From Gammaproteobacteria bacterium (lineage in GTDB: Bacteria > Pseudomonadota > Gammaproteobacteria > SURF-13), in contig JAUXUQ010000012.1 of the NCBI GenBank assembly GCA_030680605.1, forward strand, positions 22,339-86,338: 64,000 nt of DNA, written 5' to 3'. Of the stretch, positions 1 through 11,560 are shown one piece after another (position 1 is the first letter of the stretch; each line of letters opens with the position of its first letter). Both the position numbers and the translations under genes were made by a program. The notes under the pieces were generated by a model. It worked only from the letters and a program-made list of their open reading frames with translations. It did no database searches and was not told the DNA's origin.

Positions 1-1125
1 GAATTCCATCGGCGATACCAGCCCAAGATCAGGGTTTTGCCAGCGCAGCAGCGCCTCCACGCCGACGATCCTGCCTGTGGCAAGGTCAATCTGCGGCTGG
101 TAGCGCAGAAACAGCTCGTCACGCTCGAGGGCGTGACAGAGCTTGTTTTCCAGTCTCAGGCGGTGCGAGGCACCGTCATTCATCATGGGGGAGTAGAGCT
201 GAAAGCCGCTCCTCAGCTCTTTGGCGCGGCACATGGCGAGATCGGCGTTTTTCAGCAGTGTCTCGGGGTTGTCGGTGTCCTGGGGGAAGATGCTTATGCC
301 GATGCTGGCGGTAACATTGAGGGTGTGGCCCACAATTTCGAAGGGCTCGGCAAAGGCGTCGCCGAGCTTCTGCGCCAACATGGACACATCGGCCGGATCC
401 ACGACATCGTCGACGATCAAGGCAAACTCGTCCCCGACAAAGCGTGCCACCGTATCGCCCTCACGCACCATGATTGACAGGCGTGCCGCCATCGCTATCA
501 GCAATAAATCGCCGACGGTATGTCCCAGGGTGTCATTGACCCGCTTGAAGCGATCCAGATTCATCAGCAGCATGGCCACCATGTTGTCATGCCGCGGCGC
601 ATGTATCAGCGCCTGCGACAGGCGGTCTATGAACAGCATCCGGTTGGGCAGGTTGGTGAGCGCATCATGCGTCACCATATAATTCATGCGCACTTCTGCG
701 CGCTTGCGCTCAATGGCGTAGCGCAGCGAACGCACCAGCAGCTGGGTGTCCACCTGACCCTTGATCAGATAGTCCTGGGCCCGGCACTGCACGGCCTGCA
801 ACGCGAGTCCTTCGTCGTGCAATCGGCTCAACACCACTATCGGCATATGCGGAACCGCCACCTGCACCTGGGTCAGGGTATCGAGCCCTCTGGAGTCTGG
901 CAGCATCAGGTCCAGCAACACGACATCAAAGTGTTGCTGGGCAAGCCGCTTGAGCGCTTCAGTGAACGAATCAATATGGACGAGGATGAATTTACCGGTA
1001 CGCGCGTCGGCCAGCATCTCGGACACCAGCCTGGCGTCACCGGGGTTGTCTTCCACCAATAAGATATGTATTGGTGTATCCATGCCCGGATCACGCGGCG
1101 TACTCAGCTCATGCGGGTCATGCAT
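1..1125 (-). CDS. Response regulator with receiver, GGDEF and EAL domains (partial; 3' end runs off the window start)
   Basis: Minus-strand translation reads MHDPHELSTPRDPGMDTPIHILLVEDNPGDARLV... (REC), then ...GDEFALIV... (GGDEF), then ELFLRYQPQIDLATGRIVGVEALLRW (EAL start). Candidate ATG sits 11 nt downstream of the histidine kinase stop and is preceded by a GGGAAG SD-like motif. Confidence 0.8.
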   Translation of the reverse strand, partial: MHDPHELSTPRDPGMDTPIHILLVEDNPGDARLVSEMLADARTGKFILVHIDSFTEALKRLAQQHFDVVLLDLMLPDSRGLDTLTQVQVAVPHMPIVVLSRLHDEGLALQAVQCRAQDYLIKGQVDTQLLVRSLRYAIERKRAEVRMNYMVTHDALTNLPNRMLFIDRLSQALIHAPRHDNMVAMLLMNLDRFKRVNDTLGHTVGDLLLIAMAARLSIMVREGDTVARFVGDEFALIVDDVVDPADVSMLAQKLGDAFAEPFEIVGHTLNVTASIGISIFPQDTDNPETLLKNADLAMCRAKELRSGFQLYSPMMNDGASHRLRLENKLCHALERDELFLRYQPQIDLATGRIVGVEALLRWQNPDLGLVSPMEF

Positions 1126-1136
1126 TGTTTGCTTCC

Positions 1137-2735
1137 CTATTTATCCGGCAGAGTGAAGTAAAAGGTACTCCCTGCCCCCGGCTCCGATTCCACCCATATC
1201 CTTCCCCCAAGACTTTCCACGATCTTCTTGCAAATTGCAAGGCCTATCCCGGTTCCGGTGTATTTGACCTGGCCGGGCAGCCGCTGAAACAGCATGAAAA
1301 TCTGGCCGGTGAACTGCGGGTCTATGCCAATACCGTTATCCCGCACCGAAAACTGCCAGCAGCCCTCTCTGTGCTCGGCGCGGACCTGGATCTTCGGTGG
1401 TTTTTCGGCGCGGCACTTGATGGCGTTGCCGATCAGGTTCTGCAACAACTGCACCAGCTGGGTGTGGTTGGCGTAGAGCGTAGGCAGTGACTTACCCGTT
1501 ACTGTGGCGTTGCTTTCCTGTATGGCAACCTGCAGGTTGCTCACCACCTCATTGAAGACCTTGTTGCAATCCACCTGCTCCAGACTGGCCGGTGCGGAGC
1601 CGACCTGAGAATAGGCCAGGAGCCCGTCTATCATGCGCTGCATGCGCAGCGTGCCATCCATCACAAACTGAATGAATTCATCGGCAGCCGGGTCGAACCT
1701 GCCCTGATAACGCCGTGCCAGCAGCTGGATATAACTCTCCACCATGCGCAGCGGTTCCTGCAGGTCGTGGGCTGCGACGTGGGCCAATTCACTCAGTTTA
1801 TCGTTGGAACTCAGCAACTCCATGGTGCGCTCCCGCACCAGGCGCTCCAGTTCCTCGCCAATCGCGCGCTGACGTTCCTCGGCACGCTTCTCGTCCTCGA
1901 TGTCGGTCGCGCTCCCCAGCCATTTGATAATGCTGCCGTCCTGGTCCCGGAACGGCGTTGCACGCACCACATGCCAGTGATAGGCGCCGTCACTGGGCCT
2001 TTTGAAGCGGTACTCGGCGCCGTAGGCCTGGCCGCTCTGCACCGCCTGGGCCCAGTGCCGCAAACAGTCTTGCAGGTCATCCGGGTGCAGCACCGTTTGC
2101 CAGTGCTTGCCCTGGCTGTATTCACGCGTCAGGGCGGGGTGGTTGTACCAGTAGTGGTTATAGTAATCCAGCGTACCGTCAGGCAGCGCGGTCCACACGA
2201 TCTGGGGCACGGTGGCAACGACAGACGGCTCCCCGCCACCGGTCTTCATCTCCACCGTGGTGCCGCTGACCTGGCTCACGATCAGCCGGCCCAGCGCATG
2301 CAGGGCCTCTCTCTGTTCCAGGTTGAGCCCGCCCCGGATGTGCTCCGCCACGCACAGCGTGCCTATGGCCTCTCCCTTGGGCGTGGTCCACGCCACACCC
2401 GTGTAAAAACGTATGTTGGGCTCGGAGCTTACAAAGCGGTGAGTGGTATAGCGTTCATCCAGAGGCGCGCCGGTGACGACAAAAACACTGGGGGGGTCCG
2501 ACGAAGTGGCACAGAACGATACATCACGCGGGATTTCCGGGCCAGCAGGGCCAGGCTTGGGCGCCTGGCGGTCGGTATTATCCACCAGGCCGATAAAGGA
2601 AATCGGCGTCCGGCAGATGTGCGAGGCCAGCTGGAGGAAGTCTTCGATGACCGCTTCAGGTGCGGTGTCCAGAATGTTGAAGCGCCGCAAGGCGGCCTGC
2701 TGCTCTGCGTCATGGTCGAGTGGCGGCGTTTTCAT
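1137..2735 (-). CDS. Cytoplasmic sensor histidine kinase with GAF and PAS domains
   Basis: 532-aa ORF. HisKA H-box AHDLQEPLRMV; HATPase_c motifs (NLIGNAIKC, DNGIGID, GTGIGLAICKKIVE). N-terminal GAF-like region then a PAS-like segment. Immediately upstream of the REC-GGDEF-EAL gene. Confidence 0.85.
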   Translation of the reverse strand: MKTPPLDHDAEQQAALRRFNILDTAPEAVIEDFLQLASHICRTPISFIGLVDNTDRQAPKPGPAGPEIPRDVSFCATSSDPPSVFVVTGAPLDERYTTHRFVSSEPNIRFYTGVAWTTPKGEAIGTLCVAEHIRGGLNLEQREALHALGRLIVSQVSGTTVEMKTGGGEPSVVATVPQIVWTALPDGTLDYYNHYWYNHPALTREYSQGKHWQTVLHPDDLQDCLRHWAQAVQSGQAYGAEYRFKRPSDGAYHWHVVRATPFRDQDGSIIKWLGSATDIEDEKRAEERQRAIGEELERLVRERTMELLSSNDKLSELAHVAAHDLQEPLRMVESYIQLLARRYQGRFDPAADEFIQFVMDGTLRMQRMIDGLLAYSQVGSAPASLEQVDCNKVFNEVVSNLQVAIQESNATVTGKSLPTLYANHTQLVQLLQNLIGNAIKCRAEKPPKIQVRAEHREGCWQFSVRDNGIGIDPQFTGQIFMLFQRLPGQVKYTGTGIGLAICKKIVESLGGRIWVESEPGAGSTFYFTLPDK

Positions 2736-3229
2736 TGTGATGTCATATCAACGCCGACAGCCCGGCTTCCGCAGGCGCAACTTCGCACGCCTCTGCTGCC
2801 GTATACGCCCGCGCACAGGGCATATGTGGGAACGAGTGAGACAGTATCCTGTTGCATACATGACTCATTTTGCGTGCATTCATCGGCCTGGATTTCGCTT
2901 ATGAAATACGTATATTTAACAATTATTTAGGAATTAGATATTGTGGAGGCTGCTACTTTAGCGGAGTAACCGGGAAACTCCATTGGACTTTGGTACTAGC
3001 ATTAGTACTAGTAAGATCACAGCGCAACGCCCTGCTCGCGCCAGATTTCTGTAGTGTGCGGTCAGCACCGCCCGCCGTACAGCCAGCCCGCCTGTTCGGC
3101 ACCTTGACCGCAGAGATATGATGTTGTTTTTGCGGGTTTTCAGGGACTTTAGGATTTGCAGGCGCAGCACCCTGCACCTGCTACCGGCCCCACGGCAGCA
3201 TTACCCGGCGCTTGCCCCAAGCCCCTTGC

Positions 3230-4633
3230 TCAACGTTCGCGCAGGGCGTCGTACTTGGCCTTGGTGACGGGCTTCAGCAGATAATTCAGCACCGTCTTGT
3301 TGCCGGTGCGGATGTGAACGGTGGCGACCATCCCGGGCATGATCGGCAAATTTCTCTGGCCATTGCCCAGGTTGTTGGTCTTGGTGCGCACGCGAACCAG
3401 AAAGAAGCTTTCGTCTTTTTCGTCCGTGATGGAGTCGGCGGTAACGTTCTCGACGATGGCATCGAGGCCGCCGTAGATCGAGAAATCGTACGCCGTGAAT
3501 TTGACCGTCGCCTCCTGGCCGGGGTGGATGAAGGCGATGTCCGAGGGCCGGATGCGCGCCTCGATCAGCAGGTTGTCTTCGATCGGGACGATCTCCATCA
3601 CGTCCATGCCCGGCTGGATGATGCCGCCGACCGTGGTAATCTTGATCTGCTTGACGATGCCGTCCATGGGAGAGCGAACGGATGTCCGTTCCAGGCGGTC
3701 AGCCATGGCCACACTGGACGCACGTGTTTGCTCGAACTCGGCCCGCGCCATATTGAGTTCTGCAGAGGAGTCCGATCTGAATTTTGCGATCTGGCCCTCC
3801 ACCTTGGTTCTGGCCTCGGCCAGACTCTGCTCCAGGCGCGGGAGCGCCAGGCGGGTCGCGTCGGTCTCGCCCCTCAGGTCGCTCACCTGCCGCTCCAGCC
3901 GCAGCACTTCCACTTCCGACAGCACGCCCTGCGCAACCAGCGGCTTGCTGATCTCAAGCTCGCGCGAAATCAGCCCCAGGCTTTCCTGCAGCTGTACCAG
4001 GCGCGTGCGTTTCTCCTGCAGCTCCTGACCGCGCTGATTGGCTTGCTGGCGCAGCACGGTGAGCGTGGCTTCCAGCTCACTCTGTCGGTTCAGGTAGAGC
4101 TGCCTTTCCTCTTCGGCGATACCCGGATTGGTAAGAAAAAGCTCTTCAGGCACCTGGAAAGACTTGCCGTCAACCTCTGCGGTAAGCCGGGCGATACGCG
4201 CCAGCAAGGCGTCATACTTGGCCTGGGCCTCACCCATCGACGAAGCGAATCGGGTCTTGTCCAGATTGAGCACGATCTGGCCCTTCTTGACGATGTCACC
4301 CAATCTGACCGGAATACTGGCGACGATGCCCCCCTCGAGATTCTGGATCACCTGCACCTGGGCTGAGGGAATAACCTTGCCTTCGCCGACCGTGATCTCT
4401 TCGAGCCGGGAGAAGCTGGCCCAGATCAGCGCGATCACCAGAAAGACAACAAACCCCCGGATGATCATCGAGGCGTAGCGTGGCGGCCCCTGAAAGACCG
4501 CTGCCGTGCTCTCAGGCATGAGCTCGAGATCGGCCTCCCTGGCCGCCTTTTCCTGCTCATCGGGAAGGATAAAGCGCTTCACCTTTTCCCGCAGTAACGC
4601 ACCCACTGCAGCAAGCCTAGCTCTTGGCGACAT
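3230..4633 (-). CDS. HlyD-family type I secretion membrane fusion protein (periplasmic adaptor)
   Basis: ORF 3230..4711. Start refined to the ATG just after the ABC stop. Single N-terminal TM (IIRGFVVFLVIALIWASF), long coiled-coil region, C-terminal HlyD barrel-like region. Confidence 0.85.
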   Translation of the reverse strand: MSPRARLAAVGALLREKVKRFILPDEQEKAAREADLELMPESTAAVFQGPPRYASMIIRGFVVFLVIALIWASFSRLEEITVGEGKVIPSAQVQVIQNLEGGIVASIPVRLGDIVKKGQIVLNLDKTRFASSMGEAQAKYDALLARIARLTAEVDGKSFQVPEELFLTNPGIAEEERQLYLNRQSELEATLTVLRQQANQRGQELQEKRTRLVQLQESLGLISRELEISKPLVAQGVLSEVEVLRLERQVSDLRGETDATRLALPRLEQSLAEARTKVEGQIAKFRSDSSAELNMARAEFEQTRASSVAMADRLERTSVRSPMDGIVKQIKITTVGGIIQPGMDVMEIVPIEDNLLIEARIRPSDIAFIHPGQEATVKFTAYDFSIYGGLDAIVENVTADSITDEKDESFFLVRVRTKTNNLGNGQRNLPIMPGMVATVHIRTGNKTVLNYLLKPVTKAKYDALRER

Positions 4634-6800
4634 TGAGCTTCCCTCCGGACAATGCCTCAAGCACCTGCTCCTTGGGCCCGTCGGCAACGATTCTGCCGCC
4701 TTCGACCACAATCAGCCGATCGACCAGCGTCAGCATCGAGGCGCGATGCGTTACCAGAATCAGGGTCTTGTCGGCCAGATGCGGCTTGATCCTCGCCTTG
4801 AAGTTTTCCTCCGACCGGTTGTCCAGTGAGTTGGTGGGCTCGTCCAGCAGCAATATCGTCGGATCCAGCAGTAATGCCCGGGCAATGGCGATGGACTGCC
4901 GCTGTCCGCCCGACAAGCCGTCTCCGCGCTCGCCCACCGGCATGCCAAAACCCTGGGGATGGCGGTTCACGAAATCGGTTACCCCGGCAATTTCCGCTGC
5001 CCGCAACATTGCCTTGTCGTCGACGTAGGGGGCTCCGAGCACGATGTTTTCCTTGACGCTGCCGAAGAACAGCAGTGAGTCCTGAGGCACGTAACCGATA
5101 TTCCGCCGCAGATCGGCGGGATCGATCTGCTGCTGATCAACACCGTCTACCCAGATCGACCCGGAGGCCGGCTGATAGAGTCCGAGAATGAGTTTTTCAA
5201 TGGTGGATTTGCCCGAGCCAATGCGGCCGATGATGCCGACCCGCTCCTTGGGTGCGACCTTGAACGATATTTTGCTCAGGGCCTCTACCGGCTGCCCCGG
5301 ATAGGCGAAGCTGACATTCTGGAATTCGATTGCCCCCTCGAAGCCCGGACGATTGACGAACTGCTTGCCCGGCGGGCGCTCGGTGGGCAGGTTCATGATG
5401 CTGTTCAGACCCTGGAGCGCCGATCTGGCATGGTGGAAACGGGTGGACAGGGCCGCCACCTGGGACAGGGGGGCCAGAATCCGCCCCGCCAACAGCGTGC
5501 AGGCGATAAGACCGCCCAATGACAGTGATTTGTCAGAGATCAGGTAGACACCCACGACGACGACGCCCACGGTTGCGAGTTGCTGCACAAAAACTGACGA
5601 ATTGACGGCGGCGGCGGACAGCAGCCGTGCGGTCAGGCCGAGCTTGGCGATCTGGCCGACGAGCTGTTCCCAGCGCCGTTGCACCGGGCTTTCTGCGGCC
5701 AGTGCCTTGATCGTCTCCAGCCCCCCCAGGTTTTCGATGAGGGCTGATTGGCGCTGGGCGGTTGCCCGGAATGTTTCACCTATGACGCGTGACAAGGGCT
5801 TTTGCAGGAGGAGACTCGGTATCAGAATCAGCGGAATTGCAACCAGCGGCACCAGCACGACGAGGCCTCCCACCCACCAGACGACCAGCAGGAAGAGCAG
5901 GACAAAGGGCAGGTCAATTAACGTCACGATGGTGGCGGAGGTGAGGAATTCACGGAACGACTCAAACTCATGCAGGCTGTTGGCAAACGCACCAACGGAT
6001 TTCGGGCGCGCTTCCATGCGTATGGCAAGCACCTTCTCAAGAATGGTCGCGGAAAGAATGATGTCGACTTTTTTCCCGGCGATATCGACAAAATATCCGC
6101 GCAGGCTGCGCATGAGGAAATCGAAAACAAAGACGATTCCCACGCCGATCGCCAGCACCCAGAGGGTTGAAAAGGTCTGGTTCGGCACCACCCGGTCATA
6201 CACATTCATGACGAACAGCGGCGTAACCAGGGCAAATACGTTGATCAGGAAGGACGCTACCAGAACCTCGGCATAAATCGGCCACGACTGCTTCAGCGTA
6301 TCCCAGAACCAGTGGCCGCCCTGCGGCAGCGGTGATGCGTCGGCACGTTCGTCAAACCTGAAGATCGGCCGGACGAAGATGGCATAACCGGTATAACTGC
6401 TCTCGATCGCCTCCGGATCTATCCTGACCTCGCCGTCACCCGACTCCGGCTGGATGATGCGCAATTGCCCGCCCTCCTCCCGCTCCAGCAGGATGCAGGC
6501 GTCACCGTCCTGCAGCAAGAGCACAGCCGGCAGCGTGAGATTCGAGATTTCCGCAAGCGGTCGCTTGATGATCCGGGCAGAAAGGTTGGCGCGCTGCGCC
6601 GCCCGGATGAAAAGCTCAGGTGTCAGGCGGGACTCTTCCAGCGGCAGTCCGGCCGTCAATGACTGTGCCGAGTGCGGCTGGTGCTGGATACGGGTGAGTA
6701 TGGCCAGGCAGTTCGCCAACGGATCATCGGGAAGGAGCGCCTCTTTAGGGACTGCCCATTCCTTGGTTTCTGGTGCCTTATCCGTATCCGTCGGGGACAT
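4617..6800 (-). CDS. Type I secretion ABC transporter ATPase/permease, HlyB-like, with an N-terminal C39-like extension
   Basis: 727 aa. About 150-aa N-terminal extension, six TM segments, Walker A GRIGSGKST, ABC signature LSGGQRQ, Walker B LLLDEPT. Translationally adjacent to the HlyD gene. Confidence 0.85.
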   Translation of the reverse strand: MSPTDTDKAPETKEWAVPKEALLPDDPLANCLAILTRIQHQPHSAQSLTAGLPLEESRLTPELFIRAAQRANLSARIIKRPLAEISNLTLPAVLLLQDGDACILLEREEGGQLRIIQPESGDGEVRIDPEAIESSYTGYAIFVRPIFRFDERADASPLPQGGHWFWDTLKQSWPIYAEVLVASFLINVFALVTPLFVMNVYDRVVPNQTFSTLWVLAIGVGIVFVFDFLMRSLRGYFVDIAGKKVDIILSATILEKVLAIRMEARPKSVGAFANSLHEFESFREFLTSATIVTLIDLPFVLLFLLVVWWVGGLVVLVPLVAIPLILIPSLLLQKPLSRVIGETFRATAQRQSALIENLGGLETIKALAAESPVQRRWEQLVGQIAKLGLTARLLSAAAVNSSVFVQQLATVGVVVVGVYLISDKSLSLGGLIACTLLAGRILAPLSQVAALSTRFHHARSALQGLNSIMNLPTERPPGKQFVNRPGFEGAIEFQNVSFAYPGQPVEALSKISFKVAPKERVGIIGRIGSGKSTIEKLILGLYQPASGSIWVDGVDQQQIDPADLRRNIGYVPQDSLLFFGSVKENIVLGAPYVDDKAMLRAAEIAGVTDFVNRHPQGFGMPVGERGDGLSGGQRQSIAIARALLLDPTILLLDEPTNSLDNRSEENFKARIKPHLADKTLILVTHRASMLTLVDRLIVVEGGRIVADGPKEQVLEALSGGKLNVAKS

Positions 6801-7094
6801 CGCGCGCCTTATTATTTACTGTAAATCACAAAACCGTCAGCGGCCTTTAAGGTCATCCCGTGGCAACCCCGTAACCCGGCGCCCAGCTTCCGGCGATCGC
6901 TTTGACTCTGGCATCAGACTACAGCAGATGTCTGGACACCTAGCATACTGGAGTCCGCCGGAAGATCAAGGTCTGGCGACCTGGGCTGTCCGCTCGTCCT
7001 CACGCCAGCGATGCCCAAGCAGTCTCCAACCGTTGACCTGTATGGGTCGTACTCCTGCCGTGCAGGGATGCGCAGGAGTGGCCTCGCTCAGCCG

Positions 7095-8426
7095 CTATAT
7101 TATTTTTTTTACCAGCACCTTTGAATTCCGCTGATAATTGTACAACTGTTGCCGCGCGACCGGCAGGGCCTTGATGTCCGCCGCCATGAAGCCGCGCTCG
7201 ACAAACCAGTGTGCTGTGCGTGTGGTGAGCACCAGCATGCGCTTTATCTTCCGCTGCTTCGCCGCGCGCTCCATATACTCCAGCAGCGCCTCGCCCCGGC
7301 CCGAGTCCTGGTAGTCCGGATGCACCACCAGGCAGGCCAGTTCGCCGCAGCCCTCTTTAACATAGGGATACAGTGCGGCACAGGCAATGATCGCGTTGTC
7401 ACGCTCCATCACCGTAAAATAACCAATCTCGGTCTCCAGCCGTTCACGCGAGCGACGCACCAGCACGCCCTCATCTTCCAGCGGCGAGATCAACTCCAGA
7501 ATACCGCCAACATCGTCGATGGTCGCCGGGCGCGTATTTTCGTAGCTGTCACCCGCTATCAGCGTGCCGCTGCCATCCCGAGTGAACAACTCCAGCAGCA
7601 AGGCGCCGTCCGTGTGGCGGCTGATGAGGTGCACGCGGCGCACGCCCTTATGGCAGGCCTGCACGGCACCGCTGATCAAACGTTTGATGTCAGGTGTCAG
7701 GACGCCTTTGGCGGAAAGCATTTTTTGCGCCTCGGCGAGCTTCAATTGCCGCACCAGACGCTTTTTCACATCCAGCACACCGGCCCCTTCCACCATGTGC
7801 AGCAGTTTGTCGGCGTGCAGTTCGGCAGCAACCGCCGTGGCAACGTCCCCGGCGGAAAGATTGAACACCTCGCCACTGGGCGAATAACCGAGGGGCGAAA
7901 CCAGCACCACAGCCGCATCAGCCAGCGCCTGCTCGATGCCCTGCACATCCACGCGCCGCACTTCGCCCGTGTGTTCGTGATCGACACCGTCACGCACACC
8001 GAGCGGACGTGCAGTGATGAAGTTACCAGAGGCAACGCGGATACGCGCACCCGCCATGGGTGAGTTGGCCAACCCCATGGAGAGCAGCGCTTCAATCTCC
8101 ACCCGCACGCTCCCGACCGCCTCCTTCACACACGCCAGCGCGGAAGCGTCTGTTACCCGCAGACCGTTGGCATAACGCATCCTGATGCCGCGTTCACGCA
8201 GACGCGCCTCAATTTGCGGCCGCGCACCATGCACCAGCACCACCCGTACGCCCAGCGCATTGAGCAGCGCGACGTCGTGAATAAAGTGCGCGAAACTTGC
8301 ATCTGCTACCGCCTCACCTCCAAACGCGATGACGAACGTGCGGCCCCGATGCGCGTTAATGTAGGGCGAGGAATGGCGGAACCAGCCGACAAAGGCCGTG
8401 TTGCTGTTTTTTTCAGAGACAGGCAT
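7095..8426 (-). CDS. argA: Amino-acid N-acetyltransferase (N-acetylglutamate synthase)
   Basis: 443 aa. N-terminal amino-acid kinase fold (VIAFGGEAV...) plus C-terminal GNAT. Global similarity to ArgA. Confidence 0.9.
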   Translation of the reverse strand: MPVSEKNSNTAFVGWFRHSSPYINAHRGRTFVIAFGGEAVADASFAHFIHDVALLNALGVRVVLVHGARPQIEARLRERGIRMRYANGLRVTDASALACVKEAVGSVRVEIEALLSMGLANSPMAGARIRVASGNFITARPLGVRDGVDHEHTGEVRRVDVQGIEQALADAAVVLVSPLGYSPSGEVFNLSAGDVATAVAAELHADKLLHMVEGAGVLDVKKRLVRQLKLAEAQKMLSAKGVLTPDIKRLISGAVQACHKGVRRVHLISRHTDGALLLELFTRDGSGTLIAGDSYENTRPATIDDVGGILELISPLEDEGVLVRRSRERLETEIGYFTVMERDNAIIACAALYPYVKEGCGELACLVVHPDYQDSGRGEALLEYMERAAKQRKIKRMLVLTTRTAHWFVERGFMAADIKALPVARQQLYNYQRNSKVLVKKII

Positions 8427-8471
8427 GGCTGACGCCTACTGACAAAGTGACGCGTATTATACGCGACCGGC

Positions 8472-8921
8472 TCACTTTTTCGCGGTCAATTTAAGGGCCG
8501 CCGAGTTGATGCAATACCGCTGTCCCGTCGGTTGTGGGCCATCCGGGAACACATGGCCCAGATGTGCGTCACACACGCTGCACAGCACCTCTGCTGGGCA
8601 GGGAGCCCGAATGTCGCGGGCGCATGGATGCGCAGGAGCGACGGTTCTGCGCATGAAAAAGCCGTTATCTTCCTTCTCCAATACGCTGTCCTCCGCAATC
8701 GGTGCCCAGTAACTGGGCCAGCCGGTGCCGGAATCGAATTTTGTTTCCGCAGCGAACAGCGGATTGCCGCAACAAACACAGTGATACACGCCCGCCTCCT
8801 TGCAGGCATGGTATTCACCGCTGAATGCGCGTTCGGTACCGTGCCGACGTGTCACTTCATATTGCTGCTGCGTGAGCAGCTTTTCCCACTCCTCAGCGGA
8901 TTTGGCTATCTTCTCCCTCAC
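8472..8921 (-). CDS. msrB: Peptide methionine-(R)-S-oxide reductase MsrB, carrying a 16-aa in-frame insertion
   Basis: Has GTERAFSGEY, CVCCGNPLF, KFDSGTGWPSY and C..CDAHLGHVFPDGPQPTGQRYCINSAAL. Compared with E. coli MsrB there is an extra APAHPCARDIRAPCPA between RRTV and EVLCSVC. Confidence 0.85.
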   Translation of the reverse strand: MREKIAKSAEEWEKLLTQQQYEVTRRHGTERAFSGEYHACKEAGVYHCVCCGNPLFAAETKFDSGTGWPSYWAPIAEDSVLEKEDNGFFMRRTVAPAHPCARDIRAPCPAEVLCSVCDAHLGHVFPDGPQPTGQRYCINSAALKLTAKK

Positions 8922-8933
8922 ACCACGTTACCT

Positions 8934-10607
<1,674 letters not shown>

Positions 10608-10642
10608 TATTTACTCCATACACATGGGTTGATTGATGACTT

Positions 10643-11344
10643 TCATTTGTTATTCCACAGACACTGGCCGCCACTCGCTGTGGTAATCGCCTGCAGCCGT
10701 TCCTCGTGCGCACTGATCTCCTCGGCCGTGGCACGCAGCACTGGCAACGCGGCACGCTTGCCCGACACGCGCCGCACGGCCTGCGCCTCGGTGCCAAAAT
10801 GGGCCGCATCGCCCAGCAGGCTGGCCTGGCCGCCGGTCATGGCCAGATACACCTCGGCCAGTATCTCCGCATCCAGCAGTGCACCGTGGTGGGTGCGCTG
10901 CGAGTTGTCCACGTTATAGCGTTTGCAGAGGCTGTCGAGATTGTTTTTCTGGCCGGGGTGCAGCGAACGCGCCAGTTGCAGCGTGCAGGCGACGGTGCAG
11001 CAATCCTGTATCTCGCCGTGCTCCGGGCCCAGCAACGACAACTCGCTGTTGAGAAAGCCGACATCAAAGGCCGCATTGTGTATCACCAGCTCAGCATCGC
11101 GCACAAACGCGACAAACTCATCTGCGATATCGCGAAAGCGCGGCTTGCCCGCCAACTGCGCGTCGGTGATGCCGTGTACTTCCATGGCGCCGGGGTCAAT
11201 CGGGCGGTCGGGTTGCAGGTAGTAGTGGAAGGTATTGCCCGTCTTGCGTCGGTTCACCAGTTCCACGCAACCGATCTCGATGATGCGGTGGCCCTGCGCG
11301 TGCTCCAGTCCGGTGGTTTCGGTATCGAGGATGACCTGCCTCAC
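10643..11344 (-). CDS. dnaQ: DNA polymerase III epsilon subunit (3'-5' exonuclease)
   Basis: 233 aa. Exo motifs: DTETTGL, HGIT..., HNAAFD. Confidence 0.9.
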   Translation of the reverse strand: MRQVILDTETTGLEHAQGHRIIEIGCVELVNRRKTGNTFHYYLQPDRPIDPGAMEVHGITDAQLAGKPRFRDIADEFVAFVRDAELVIHNAAFDVGFLNSELSLLGPEHGEIQDCCTVACTLQLARSLHPGQKNNLDSLCKRYNVDNSQRTHHGALLDAEILAEVYLAMTGGQASLLGDAAHFGTEAQAVRRVSGKRAALPVLRATAEEISAHEERLQAITTASGGQCLWNNK

Positions 11345-11381
11345 GGGGCACCTCTAAAAACGTCTCTTTTGCTCCAATACA

Positions 11382-11534
11382 GTGCTGTACAAGGACGTAC
11401 GAATGTCGCGCGCGCAGGACGCGCAGGAGCGACCGTTGCAGCTTGTCTCCGCTGCTCACATGCTGGCGTGTATGCTGTGCTGTACAAGGATGTATGAATG
11501 TCGCGAGCGCAGGATGCGCAGGAGCGACCGCTGC
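11382..11534 (+). repeat. Two tandem copies (about 58 bp each, period 95 bp, about 90 percent identical) of a GTGCTGTACAAGGAYGTAYGAATGTCGCG.GCGCAGGAYGCGCAGGAGCGACCG element
   Basis: Direct comparison of 11382..11440 with 11477..11534. Lies in the rnhA-dnaQ intergenic region (dnaQ promoter side). Confidence 0.65.
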
Positions 11535-11560
11535 TTGACGGCGCTGCGCCTTGTCTTGAA

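Noticed and set aside
2870-3177. Small ORFs in the spacer after the HlyD gene as possible T1SS substrates
   Set aside because: No Gly-Gly leader, RTX nonapeptides or acidic C-terminal secretion signal. Composition looks like noncoding AT-rich DNA translated.
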